Of a stretch of 64,000 bases of DNA, positions 1-17,144 are shown piece after piece. The notes under the pieces are model-generated. The model was not told where the DNA came from. It ran no database searches and worked only from the letters and a program-made list of their open reading frames with translations. How positions within the stretch are numbered: position 1 is the stretch's first letter; every line of letters begins with the position of its first letter. Origin of the DNA: Eledone cirrhosa (taxonomy: Eukaryota); contig OZ024741.1 of assembly GCA_964016885.1 (NCBI GenBank), positions 364,064,001 through 364,128,000 of the forward strand. The letters run 5' to 3'. The position numbers and the translations under genes were made by a program.

Positions 1-150
1 TTGCTGCACAAACATGTGGTTTTAGGTCCAGTTCAACTACGTTGCACTTTGGGCAAATGTCTTTTACTAGTCAGTCAATTACTTTTGGGAGAAATTTGGT
101 AGATGGAAATTGTGTAGATTCCCATCATATATGTGTGTGTGTGTGTGTGT
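1..150 (+). mobile_element. Degenerate tRNA-derived SINE fragment ending in (TG)n
   Basis: Motif ...ttgggcaaatgtcttttacta...atttggtagatggaaattg... resembles the reverse complement of the repeat at ~18915-19070; recalled similarity to octopus SINEs. Confidence 0.45.
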
Positions 151-247
151 TTACGCCTACTGTTCATGTATTGCTCATAACTTAGCAGTTCAATAAGAGA
201 TTGTTCAGATCTTTTTTTAAGGTATTATTTTTTATTTTCAATATACA

Positions 248-418
248 TACTGTATTTTCTGGTGCTGAAGACGCTTCGTCCTCGAGGACGTACCCTATTT
301 TGATGACCAAAAATTTGAAAAAGAATAATAAACAACCTTTGGCCTCCAGCACGCATGGTAGATGTTTTGGACTTATTTTAGGAAAAAAGTAGCGTCTTCG
401 GCACCGGGAAATATGGTA
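248..418. mobile_element. Non-autonomous Tc1/mariner (pogo/Tigger-type) MITE
   Basis: ~28-bp imperfect terminal inverted repeats TACTGTATTTTCTGGTGCTGAAGACGCT / AGCGTCTTCGGCACCGGGAAATATGGTA with TA at both ends. Confidence 0.7.
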
Positions 419-624
419 AATAACATTACAAGTTGATCACAATTCTTTCAGAATGAAAATAAACACATATAATAAATACAATTAACTATTGCTAAGAACT
501 TCACAAATATAACGCACCAAATGACCAGAGCGAGAGAGAAAAAATAAAGAATAAACAAAAACAAAAACAACCATCAATTAACTACCAAGTGTGACAATTG
601 ACTGCACTTTACAAGGGTCAATGG

Positions 625-1000
625 ACTATTTTGAGGCCAGCCAATATGCTTGCAGCATTACCACGGGTGATGGCGAGGCTAAGATTGCAGAAACAACCAG
701 ACCCTCTCATGGGCATCACCTGAAACCTCAGTAAAGCGAGCCACCAGCGATGGCAAGAACTTCACTGTCAGCAGAACTTCACTGCCTCTTACCCAGAGAC
801 AAGGGTAAGGCCGTCTGGTCTTTTCCCATCACTTCTCGATAATCCAGTCTGGTCCAGAACTGAGGGATATTTACCCAAGCTAGGTTTAGCTTGGTGTGGC
901 AGGCAAAGTGATCAGCATTCAGGCAGCAGGACAAACCATGGAGGTCTGTGGAGTCAAGGGACCTACCACAATAACATCTCAGACCCTAACAGACAATTGC
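625..1000 (-). mobile_element. CRE-clade non-LTR retrotransposon 3' fragment (Zn finger plus restriction-like endonuclease), degraded
   Basis: Minus strand reads RCYCGRSLDSTDLHGLSC...LSRSDGKRPDGLTL...LSLAITRGNAASILA; homologous to 17145-17600. Confidence 0.75.
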
Positions 1001-1734
1001 AGGCTGCTGGCCAGTTTGATGACTGAACAAGCTTTTTTTAGGTCACCTTTTCTAGACTCTTCCCATGTGGTATGTATGAGCAAGGCATGCCCAAAAAGGG
1101 CTGCTCAGATGCTCAAGACTCCAACGAAGCTTGTTGGTGTTCAGGTTAACAGTGCAAAAACCATTAGGATAAGACTCAAGCTGCCTATGTGTAGATTTGT
1201 GACCATGTACTTCTAACTGGTTGAGCCTACACATGTTGCCACCCCTCCACCACTGTTGGACTTGTGAAGAAATATCTACACATAAAGATGGCAATGCTAC
1301 ATGCTTGTGTTGCACACATAGCACCCACTCCATCCTCGTAGCTATGTGTCCAGTTACAAGCCAAGACAAGATAACAGGACAGTTACGAAGATTGCATGTG
1401 TCATGGAATATAACCTCTCCGGGGGGTGAAACCATACTTACCATGTTTGGTCAATTACAGGTTGATGAGACTGTTCAATCCCTAGTTGGGGAGGATGGCC
1501 GTTGACTCTTTGGAGTTCATCTGCTCTTTGACAGCTCTTGTCTTTGTGATGCTGGGTTTTCACTTACCTTTCTCACCAGGTCAGGGTCTGGTGAGAAAGC
1601 CAGTTTAGTCATTGACCATCCGACCATGAAACAGGTTGTACTGGGCTAAATGGTACAAATAGCAGACAGAGACCTGACCTGACACACACATATATATACA
1701 CACACATATATATTCACACACACATACACATATA

Positions 1735-2060
1735 AAAGACCTCCTTCGGTCACATATGACCTTTGACCTTAGGATTTGCACCTATAAAGTTCCCCACAAG
1801 TCTGGACAAGGTCCTTTGTGGAAGACCAGCAATTGCCCACGCATACGTGTCTCCCCTCTCCACACCAATCTTGCCCATGGAAAAGACAAAGGCCGTTACA
1901 GCTTGGCACCAGTGATATCACAACTAATTTCTATAGCTGAGTGAACTGGAGTAACATGAAATAAAATGTCTTGTTCAATGCATTGCCTGGTCCAAGAATC
2001 AAGCTCACAACCTCATGATTATAAGCCCAATGCTCACACCACTAAACCATGCATCTTCAC
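1735..2060 (-). mobile_element. tRNA-derived SINE
   Basis: Head and core (…tttctatagctgagtgaactggag…atgaaataaaatgtcttg…) shared with copies at 5.2, 22.5, 27.9, 46.7 and 48.5 kb. Confidence 0.7.
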
Positions 2061-2139
2061 ACATATACACACATGCATAGATATACATATATGTGTGTGC
2101 ATATACATATATATATGTGAATATATATATGTGTGTACC

Positions 2140-3400
2140 AGGTGACAAAGAGAGAAGCTAGGCAACAAGTATACACAGCTTGGAGAGAGGCTAAAGAAAG
2201 AAAGTTTGCCAACGTCGTGAGGCATGAGGATCAGAGACATGAAGTGTTCTGAATTGCAAGGCAGTGTGTCAGTGTGAATCTTGATGTTGTTGGGGAAAAA
2301 TATGTTAGAAATGACACCAGTGTATTTAGCACTACTGATGCTCAAAAGAAAGAGGCCTAGAAATGTTACTATGAGAGACTGACGAATGTAGAGAATGAAT
2401 GGGAGGAAGAGAAACTACCACCAATCCACCCAACTGAAGGACAAGCCATTGAAGTTGATAATTGTAAGGTTAAAGAAGCAATCAGAGATGAAAAATCGTA
2501 AAGTTGCAGGACCTTCAGAAATAGCTGCTGAGATGCTAAAAACATCAGAAGAAGTAGGAGTCAAACTAGTAACATGCACAGTCAATCAGATAATACAAGA
2601 TAGTGTCATACCCAATGACTGATGCAGTAGTACAATCATAAATTGCTACAAGGGCAAAGGTGATACTGTAGATATGAGCAACTGTAGAGGAATAAAACTA
2701 ATGGACTAAGTTATGAGAGTGATGGAAAGAGTTATAGCACAATTAATTTGAGGAAGATTCAAATTAGATGAGATGCAGTTTGGATTCATGCATGGGAAAC
2801 GTACGACAGACATGCTCTTATTAGTGAGGCAGCTACAAGAGAAGTTCTTAACCCAAAATAATAATAATACCAAGCTTTCATTGACCTAGAGAAAACATTT
2901 GACAGAGTACCCTGATCTAGAATGTAGTGGTTCTCAAAGAAATTAGGTGTAGAATAATGGTTGGTGAGTCATGTACCAAGGAGCTGTCAGCAAAGTGAGA
3001 CTAGGAAATGAGTTTAGTGAGGAAATCAATGTACATGTAGGAGTTCATTAAGATTTGGTTCTTAGCCCACTGTTATTCATTATAGTCCTCCAGGCCATAA
3101 CAGAGGAATTTAAGACTGGTTGCCCATGGGAAATGCTCTATGCAGATGATTTTATCCTTATAGCCAAATCCATTAAAAATCTAGAAAATTATTTTTGACT
3201 ATAGAAACAGAATTTAGAATCAAAAGTCCTGAGAGTAAATGTAGCCAAAACTAAAGTGCTAGTGAATAGGAGAGAAGATAGAGCCCTGATTCCTTCAAGG
3301 AAGTAGCCCTGTTCAGTATGTAGAAAGGGAGTAGGCATAAACTCCATACGATGTACACAATGATGTAGTGGGATAACAGGTAAACTAACAGGAAGAGAAA
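2140..3400 (+). mobile_element. Degraded RTE-clade LINE, reverse transcriptase region
   Basis: KVAGPSEIAAEMLK, DLEKTFDRVP and LYADD motifs with many stops; homologous to 38692-41770. Confidence 0.85.
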
Positions 3401-3750
3401 ACAGTCTTGGCACAAAATCAACTTTTTACATTCACATGACCTCTACCGACCAATCAAAATTGTTTTGACCACAAGAATTTTTGCAACACAAAAATAACGC
3501 TGGAGCCACTTTTTTAACATAAAAACAGGTAGAATTCCCAAAACTAATCAGATCAGAGCAAACAGCACGGACACTCTATCTCAAAATTATTTTTGAAAAG
3601 CATTTAGAAATGCGCAACCGGTAAAAACTTAAAAACTTAAAACCACAACTGAATACTAACCCATACAATCACTAATACTCTTTTATTCCTAATTAAACCA
3701 TTTTTCAACTGTGAACAATTTGTCAGCATTTTCTATTCCGTTTACCAATA
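3398..3750. repeat. Unclassified interspersed repeat ending next to (TA)n, copy 1
   Basis: Nearly identical to 6571-6920. Confidence 0.8.
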
Positions 3751-3789
3751 TATAATAACTTGTGTGTTACACCTCTATTCTTTTAACTA

Positions 3790-4600
<811 letters not shown>

Positions 4601-5104
4601 ATATATATATATATATATTCATATAACAAGGAATAAATTCTTTTTCTTTTCATCTCTTTCCTGTTGAAACATGTTTAAGATAAATAAAATGTTTTAAATT
4701 TCATCTGCCTTATCTATCTATTAACCTTTTTGATTACAAACTGCTTGGTTTTTGATTACAAACTACTTTGTTTTAATTGTTCGTGCATATATGAGAAACT
4801 TTGTTAAGCTATCCTCCAAACACTAGTTTAATATTGAGAAAATTAGTTAATACTAAATCCTACCAAATTCTTGAATATTTTGATAATTATTTGAAAATTA
4901 TAGGCAGTTTCTTTTATTAGAAATGTGATAATGAAAAGGTTAAGGAACTTTTCCTCTAATTATTTGACTGACATAGCTATGAGAACTATAATAAATAGGA
5001 GGGAGCTGAGATCAGAGCCCTGATGGACACATAACTGTGTGCTAAATTCCTTGTTGAGCTCATACTCAATTCTCATATGTGTGTGAATATATATCTATAT
5101 ATCA

Positions 5105-5458
<354 letters not shown>

Positions 5459-5514
5459 GTATTTATATATATATATATATACGTATATATATATATATAC
5501 ATGTATATATATAT

Positions 5515-5566
<52 letters not shown>

Positions 5567-5588
5567 ATATATATACGTATATATATAT

Positions 5589-5990
5589 ACATGTGCATCG
5601 GAAAATCTAATATATGTATTAACTTGCTCAGGTTGTCGAGAACAATACATAGGCCAGACCAAAAACAGCCTCCGCCAACGCATGACTGTCCATAGATCCC
5701 AAATTAAAATACGGGAATACAGGAAAATACCACTGAGTGAACACATTGATACCTGTGCCGCCCCAAATCATCCCAACTTCAGAATCTTTCCCCTCTACAA
5801 ATTTAAAGATAATGCCACCCACACCCAGCGCATCAGCAAGGAATCTTACTTCATTAACAAATACGGACCCCGTCTAAACACTTCTCCCTAAGACGAACCA
5901 CAACATACACACGTTAACATACATACCTACATCAGCACACATCTCCACCCACATATAAACACAATGACATACGTAAACACACATGCTCTA
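5589..5990 (+). mobile_element. Penelope-like (Neptune-type) GIY-YIG endonuclease fragment inside (TA)n
   Basis: In-frame [35 protein letters not shown]...EH...KESYFI...LN, stop at 5891. Confidence 0.85.
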
Positions 5991-6021
5991 TGGTGCAACA
6001 CAGAAAAAATATATGTGTATA

Positions 6022-6113
<92 letters not shown>

Positions 6114-6260
6114 ATATATGTATGTGTATATATATGTAGTGAATATCATTTCACACCCTTTATTGTTAAGATTTTTGATGTTCTATTAAGAGAACCGATT
6201 TTACTGAAAAAATAGAATAATGTACACCATTTTACCAGGGGGAAAAAATACTGGTCCACC

Positions 6261-6300
<40 letters not shown>

Positions 6301-6396
6301 GACACACACACACACACACACACACTTATCTTAATAGCCATTTGACACACATCCCTGTTAACCATTATCACAACATCGAACACCTTACTACTACTA

Positions 6397-6432
<36 letters not shown>

Positions 6433-6454
6433 TTGTTGTGAAAGTGTCATTTCT

Positions 6455-6915
6455 CAATCTTGGCGCAAAACCAATTTTTTATTCACATGACCTCTCCGAC
6501 CAATCAAAATTGTTTTGACCACAAGAATTTTTGCAAACACCAATAGCTCTGGAGCCACTTTTTAACATAAAAACAGTCTTGGCGCAAAATCAATTTTTTA
6601 CATCCACATGACCTCTACCGACCAATCAAAATTGTTTTGACCACAAAAGTTTTGGCAACACCAAAGTAACGCTGGAGCCACTTTTTTAACATAAAAACAG
6701 GTAGAATTCCAAAACTAATCAGATCAGAGCAAACAACACGGACACTCTATCTCAAAATTATTTTTGAAAAGCATTAGAAATGCGCAACCGGTAAAAAACT
6801 TAAAAACTTAAAACCACAACTGAATACTAACCCATACAATCACTAATACTCTTTTATTCCTAATTAAACCATTTTTCAACTGTGAACAATTTGTCAGCAT
6901 TTTCTATTCCGTTTA

Positions 6916-6920
<5 letters not shown>
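6455..6920. repeat. Same unclassified repeat as 3398-3750, with a tandem ~119-bp subunit
   Basis: The subunit cttggcgcaaaa...ataaaaacag is present twice, followed by the shared end abutting (TA)n. Confidence 0.8.
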
Positions 6921-11316
<4,396 letters not shown>

Positions 11317-11358
11317 ATATATATATATACGTATATATATATATATATATATATATAC

Positions 11359-11452
<94 letters not shown>

Positions 11453-11466
11453 GTATATATATATAT

Positions 11467-11835
11467 GATAAAGAACACAAGAGCGTCTACAACATCAAAA
11501 TATTTTTATTGGCTTACAATGTTTCTTCCTTACGTAACCGTAGGATTCGTCAGAGCTATAAAAGGGGTTTGCTTGGTGTTATGGACTCTACCAACCAAAC
11601 ATTCAAGAACAAAGAGTAAAGAGAGTAAAGAGCAAAAGTAGGGGACGATAAGTCTAATTTTGGTGCGGGAGGGTGGGGTGTGGGTCCTTGTTTACTAGCT
11701 GCGGTCATATTCATTCACGGGAGTCGAGTGGTTAGCTGAACCATAGATGGGGTGGCGTCGATAGTATGGTGCAGAGGGTGTGCAGAGGCCACACAGACAC
11801 AAAGGGCATACAATATATATATATATAACGGAGGA

Positions 11836-11837
<2 letters not shown>
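11467..11837 (-). mobile_element. Non-coding HHR-bearing pLTR-like insert in (TA)n, copy 1
   Basis: Near identical to 43778-44141 with the same terminus; contains an HHR. Confidence 0.75.
11512..11556 (-). ncRNA. Type I hammerhead ribozyme
   Basis: gcu-CUGACGA-aucc uacg guua cgua agga a-GAAA-cauug-UA-agc, then cAAUAAA. Confidence 0.85.
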
Positions 11838-12782
<945 letters not shown>

Positions 12783-12833
12783 AAAGACGTAAAATAAGAA
12801 AATTATAGTAATTAACTTACTTACTTAAATTTC

Positions 12834-12915
12834 ACTCCAACTAATTAGTTTCTGAAAGGGGATATACATAGTCTACAAATGGACACCATGGAGAATCCTT
12901 TCTTCATCAGGGAGT
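12834..12915 (-). ncRNA. Type I HHR with long stem II (family A, copy 1)
   Basis: acucc-CUGAUGA-agaaagg...ccuuuc a-GAAA-cuaauuag-UU-ggagu. Confidence 0.85.
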
Positions 12916-13357
12916 CATTCTCGGCTAAGATTATTGGCAATACGCGGACACAGGGAACTTATACAAAAATAATTCAATGGATCGAAAAAAGCAAGCGCGG
13001 ACTAAATTCCAAGACACTAAAAATTTCACTGCCTTCCTGGTCAGTGGCAAATTCAAAAGAATCAATCACGTGACATCGAGGTTAATCAGTGAGGAGTGGG
13101 GTGTTAAAAAGACAGTAGCCAAACTAATACTATGAACCATAGTAGTAATTTAGGCAAATTTTTGCTCAACAAAATAATTTGGCGATAATTATAAACAATT
13201 AGTATATCTACCAACATATTTATACAGATGTATACTTACGCTAGCAAAGATATAGGTTTTGTCTTAGTAACTTTGTGGTTCAATACAAAGAGATGTATAA
13301 CAATTATATAAAAGACGTAAAATAAGAAAATTATAGTAATTAACTTACTTAAATTTC

Positions 13358-13439
13358 ACTCCAACTAATTAGTTTCTGAAAGGGGATATACATAGTCCTC
13401 AAATGGAAACCATGGAGAATCCTTTCTTCATCAGGGAGT
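13358..13439 (-). ncRNA. Type I HHR (family A, copy 2)
   Basis: Same fold, 524 nt from copy 1. Confidence 0.85.
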
Positions 13440-13757
13440 AATTGTCGGCTAAGATTCCTGGCAATACGCGGACACAGGGAACTTATACAAAAATAATTCA
13501 GTGGATGAATTACTACCAGTCAAATTACTACTATGGTTGATAGTATTAGTTTGGCTACTGTCTTTTTAACACCCCACTCCTCACCGATTAACCTCGATGT
13601 CACGTGATTGATTCTTTTGAATTTGCCACTGACCAGGAAGGCAGTGAAATTTTCAGTGTCTTGGAATTTAATCCGCGCTTGCTTTTTTCCATCCACTGAA
13701 TTATTTTTGTATAAGTTCCCTGTGTCCGCGTATTGCCAGGCATCTTAGCCGAGAATG

Positions 13758-13839
13758 ACTCCCTGATGAAGAAAGGATTCTCCATGGTCTCCATTTGAAG
13801 ACTATGTATATCCCCTTTCAGAAACTAATTAGTTGGAGT
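13758..13839 (+). ncRNA. Type I HHR (family A, copy 3)
   Basis: actcc CTGATGA agaaagg attctc catggtct ccatttga agactatg tatatcc cctttc a GAAA ctaattag TT ggagt. Confidence 0.87.
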
Positions 13840-14015
13840 GAAATTTAAGTAAGTAAGTTAATTACTATAATTCTCTTATTTTACGTCTTTTATATAATTG
13901 TTCTACATCTCTTTGTATTGAACCACAAAGTTACTAAGACAAAACCTATATATTTGCTATATTTATACATCTGTATAAATATATTGGTAGATATACTAAT
14001 TCTTTATATATATAT

Positions 14016-14710
14016 ATAATAGAAATAGTATTTCGCTTCAAGCATAGCTTTATCAGCAGGTCAATACGTAAACAGAGACTCAGATTTGCTGGCCACTGTT
14101 GGCACAGCAAGGAAGAAATAGCAGGTGATGTATTGTTATGGAGTCCATCTCATGGAGCAAGAAACGCTGGTCGTTCCAAGAAGACATACGTCAAGCAACT
14201 TGAGGACGATACTGGATGCATTGCGGAAGAACTGGCAAACGCTATGAGAGACAGAGATGGATGGAGGAAGCGTGTCGTAGAAAACCGAGCAAGCTCGACC
14301 TGATGATGATGATAGCTTTATACAAATATGCATAGAAATTTCGTATTTCTAAAGAAACATGGTTTTAGAAAGCCGTAGCTATGCAAACACTGGGGCTAAC
14401 GCCCTCTGGTGGTGTCCAGCAGAAGTAACAGGGGATAACCATTTATGTATTTCAGGCTTGACTGGCCTTCCACAGAGCGGTCCCTTCCACCACTTGCAAC
14501 TGCAGGACTTGAAAACAGTCGAGAATATACAGTTTTCTCGTCTGTGTAAATGAGGTGATTAATCTCATTTGCATATGAAGCTGCATAAGTTGGCTCAACT
14601 TATAATAGAATAGAAATAGTATTTTGCTTCAAGCATAGCTTTATACAATATGTATAAAAATTTTGTATTTCTAAAGAAACACGGTTTTAAGAAACCGTAG
14701 CTATGCAAAC
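14016..14710 (-). mobile_element. HHR family B: 323-bp monomer, partial tandem, interrupted by an RTE fragment
   Basis: ~110-bp direct repeats at both ends; degenerate HHR at 14438-14481 (accgcu-CUGUGGA-aggcc agucaa gccu-GAAA-uaca-UA-aauggu). Confidence 0.65.
14054..14311 (+). mobile_element. RTE-type LINE 3' end with (TGA)n tail and 10-bp target-site duplication
   Basis: RKQRLRFAGHCWHS...GRSKKTY...AMRDRDGWRKRV; ATAGCTTTAT at 14044-14053 and 14312-14321. Confidence 0.85.
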
Positions 14711-14744
<34 letters not shown>

Positions 14745-14749
14745 AATAC

Positions 14750-15275
14750 ATAAACGGAGAAAGCTATTAGCGATACTCCGACCAATTTCCAACTCACTCA
14801 ACAAACATTAGGAGGTATTTGTAGTTTACTTGAAGCATTGTGTATGGTATATAACATTTGAAGTTTGAAAGACATGACAATGTGAAATGGATGAATAAAG
14901 AGTGAAACAATTTGTTATGTGTTTTACCTTAATTCATTTAGATGTCCTGATATTTCAAGATTAAAATCTCTTCTTCCGAGGAAATGTTTAAGTAGATTTA
15001 AAGGGAAATAATTCTGTGTGCCCCATTGACCTGTCAGGACCTTTAATTTTATTACAACAAAAGAGGTTAAAAAATATATATAATAAAACCACTTTTGCCA
15101 GTCGTGCTTCATTGGACACTGAATTAGTCTCTTATTTTCCTCGGAAGAAGAGATTTTAATCTTGAAATATCAGGAAATTTAAATAAGGTAAATTAAGGTA
15201 AAATACATAACAACTTGTTTCACTCTTTATTTGTCCATTTCACATTGTCATGGCTTTCAAAATTCAAGTTTTATA
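14750..15275. mobile_element. HHR-bearing insert with inverted arms (variant CGGAAGA core)
   Basis: 14848-14985 is inverted at 15135-15275; HHR-like folds at 14945-14984 (-) and 15135-15178 (+); the first ~70 nt resemble the family C terminus at 33670. Confidence 0.65.
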
Positions 15276-15439
15276 TATATATATATGCATAGATTTTGAG
15301 TTTATGTTGGTTGTATACCAACACCTCAGTATGCAGGCTGGAGCACTCAACGAAGTGCGCAGGTTGGTTTGGTTACTCCGGAGTAGTGTAAAATAAAGTT
15401 AAATAAAAGTCAAATGATTAAAATTTAGCTTCGTTTATT

Positions 15440-15494
15440 ACTGCTATATATATTTCAGTGACAGCCATCTTTGGCTGTGACCTCTTCAGGCAGT
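15440..15494 (-). ncRNA. Type I hammerhead ribozyme
   Basis: Mirror of 15725-15781. Confidence 0.85.
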
Positions 15495-15724
15495 TTGAAT
15501 TAGTATGGTATAGACAAGTACATATGTTGTTTAGGTGTATGATATTGTCAATACTCTGATATGCCCAGTTCCTTGCTGGGTTGTTAATTCACTGGGGAAC
15601 TGGAGTCATATGACTCCAGTTCCCCAGTGAATTAACAACCCAGCAAGGAACTGGGCATATCAGAGTATTGACAATATCATACACCTAAACAACATATGTA
15701 CTTGTCTATACCATACTAATTCAA

Positions 15725-15781
15725 ACTGCCTGAAGAGGTCACAGCCAAAGATGGCTGTCACTGAAATATATATATAGCAGT
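15725..15781 (+). ncRNA. Type I hammerhead ribozyme
   Basis: actgc CTGAAGA ggtc acagcca aaga tggctgt cact GAAA tatatata TA gcagt, then AATAAA. Confidence 0.87.
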
Positions 15782-16429
15782 AATAAACGAAGCTAAATTT
15801 TAATCATTTGACTTTTATTTAACTTTATTTTATATATATGCATATGTATATGACTTACTCAGCCCTCACAAGGCATTATACTAGTTTTCTTAATGACAAT
15901 CAGATTAAAAAGGGTAGTTTTTTTTGCCAAAAGCCTTCTCCAGATCAATGAATCTAGGTATAGTGGTTTGTTTGGGACTAAGAAAAATCTTCTGTAGTTG
16001 TCTTACTTAGAAGTAGACATTAGTGATACCATGTTTTAGCATGGTATCACTAAAGCTGTTGTTTCTGATTAGCTTTGCTATAACCCCACCTCTCTCACTT
16101 TGCCATTTTCATTACTTGGTTATCATATTCACCCTTTGGGTACCAACTTGGCCAATATCAACTCTGGTTCTATGGAACATAACATTTCATTTTAAATGGT
16201 TTCTATTTAAGTTAAAATCTAACATGATTTCATATAAAAACCATGTTAAGTTAGTAATCTCAGTAATGAAATAATTAATAATTTTAGGAAATCCTTCAAA
16301 ATTCTTAATTAATTAATTAATTAATTAATTAATTAATTGAAATATGGTGTATTTCATTAGAAATACTAGCAGAAAAACTGCCCTTCGGGTGGTTTTCTGC
16401 TAGCATATGTAGTGTGCATGTTGGTATTA

Positions 16430-16945
16430 TAAAGCGTGACCAGCCAAGCTCATGGATGTTATCCAACTATCTTTCTCAGGGTCTACCTCTGGGTCTCTTG
16501 CTGGTTGGTTTTGCCTGTAAAATGTGTCCAGAGATTCTTTACTGAGACATTCTAACCACATGCTCATAATATCGGAGTTGTGATCTCTCAATTCGGAGAA
16601 GTAGCAGCTCTACCAGGAGTGACTCTCTGGTCTCTGAGCTATGCACTTTATCGAGTAACATTACTCCAAAGACCCTTTGGAGGAATCCCATTTCTGCCAC
16701 TTTTATTTGCAATTGTATTCTTTTGGTCATTACTCAAGATTCATGATCATCGGTAAGAGTTGGCAGGAATACCAGGAAGACAGCAAGTTTGGCTTTTACA
16801 CTTACCTCCCTTCATCTGATTGCTGAATGCTGAGGCTGGCGCATTACTGCATCAGCTTTTGTAATTCTTGCACTTCCATCACTCATGAACACGGCTCCAA
16901 GATATTTGAATTTCTCTAACTGCTTCAGTGGAACTCCATTCACAT
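16430..16945 (-). mobile_element. RTE-type LINE 3' coding fragment
   Basis: LEKFKYLG...QVAEMGFL.RV.GV.LLDKV.S...RIERSQLRYY.HV.RM. Confidence 0.8.
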
Positions 16946-17144
16946 GTGTATAAATTTGAGGGACTTCTGTCCACCCGTCCATCACCCAATATGTATGTGT
17001 GTTTGTGTGAATGTATGTGTGTGTAAAAGGAAGGAAAGGAATACACACATATATATGTCTAACTTAAAAACAGTGACACACACACGTGTCTCTAATTTAA
17101 GAACGCCAACAAACTCATGCGCACACATACACACACTGTCCTAT

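Larger units (their letters stand above)
12783..14001. mobile_element. HHR family A: ~525-bp non-coding monomer as a partial tandem (minus) plus an inverted, circularly permuted copy (plus)
   Basis: 12783-13310 is repeated at 13311-13507; 13522-14001 is the reverse complement of 13151->12783 followed by 13310->13197. Confidence 0.85.
15389..15832. repeat. Spacer-less ~444-bp palindrome made of two head-to-head HHR-bearing pLTR-like arms
   Basis: Centre ...ggagtcat|atgactcc... at 15609/15610; arms identical except for one TA unit. Confidence 0.9.

Noticed and set aside
1000-1640. ORFs at 896-1505
   Set aside because: No recognisable domain; probably old repeat debris that I cannot classify.
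12879-13073. 64-aa ORF repeated at 13600-13794
   Set aside because: It is antisense to the HHR in a recently duplicated non-coding unit and has no recognisable protein features.
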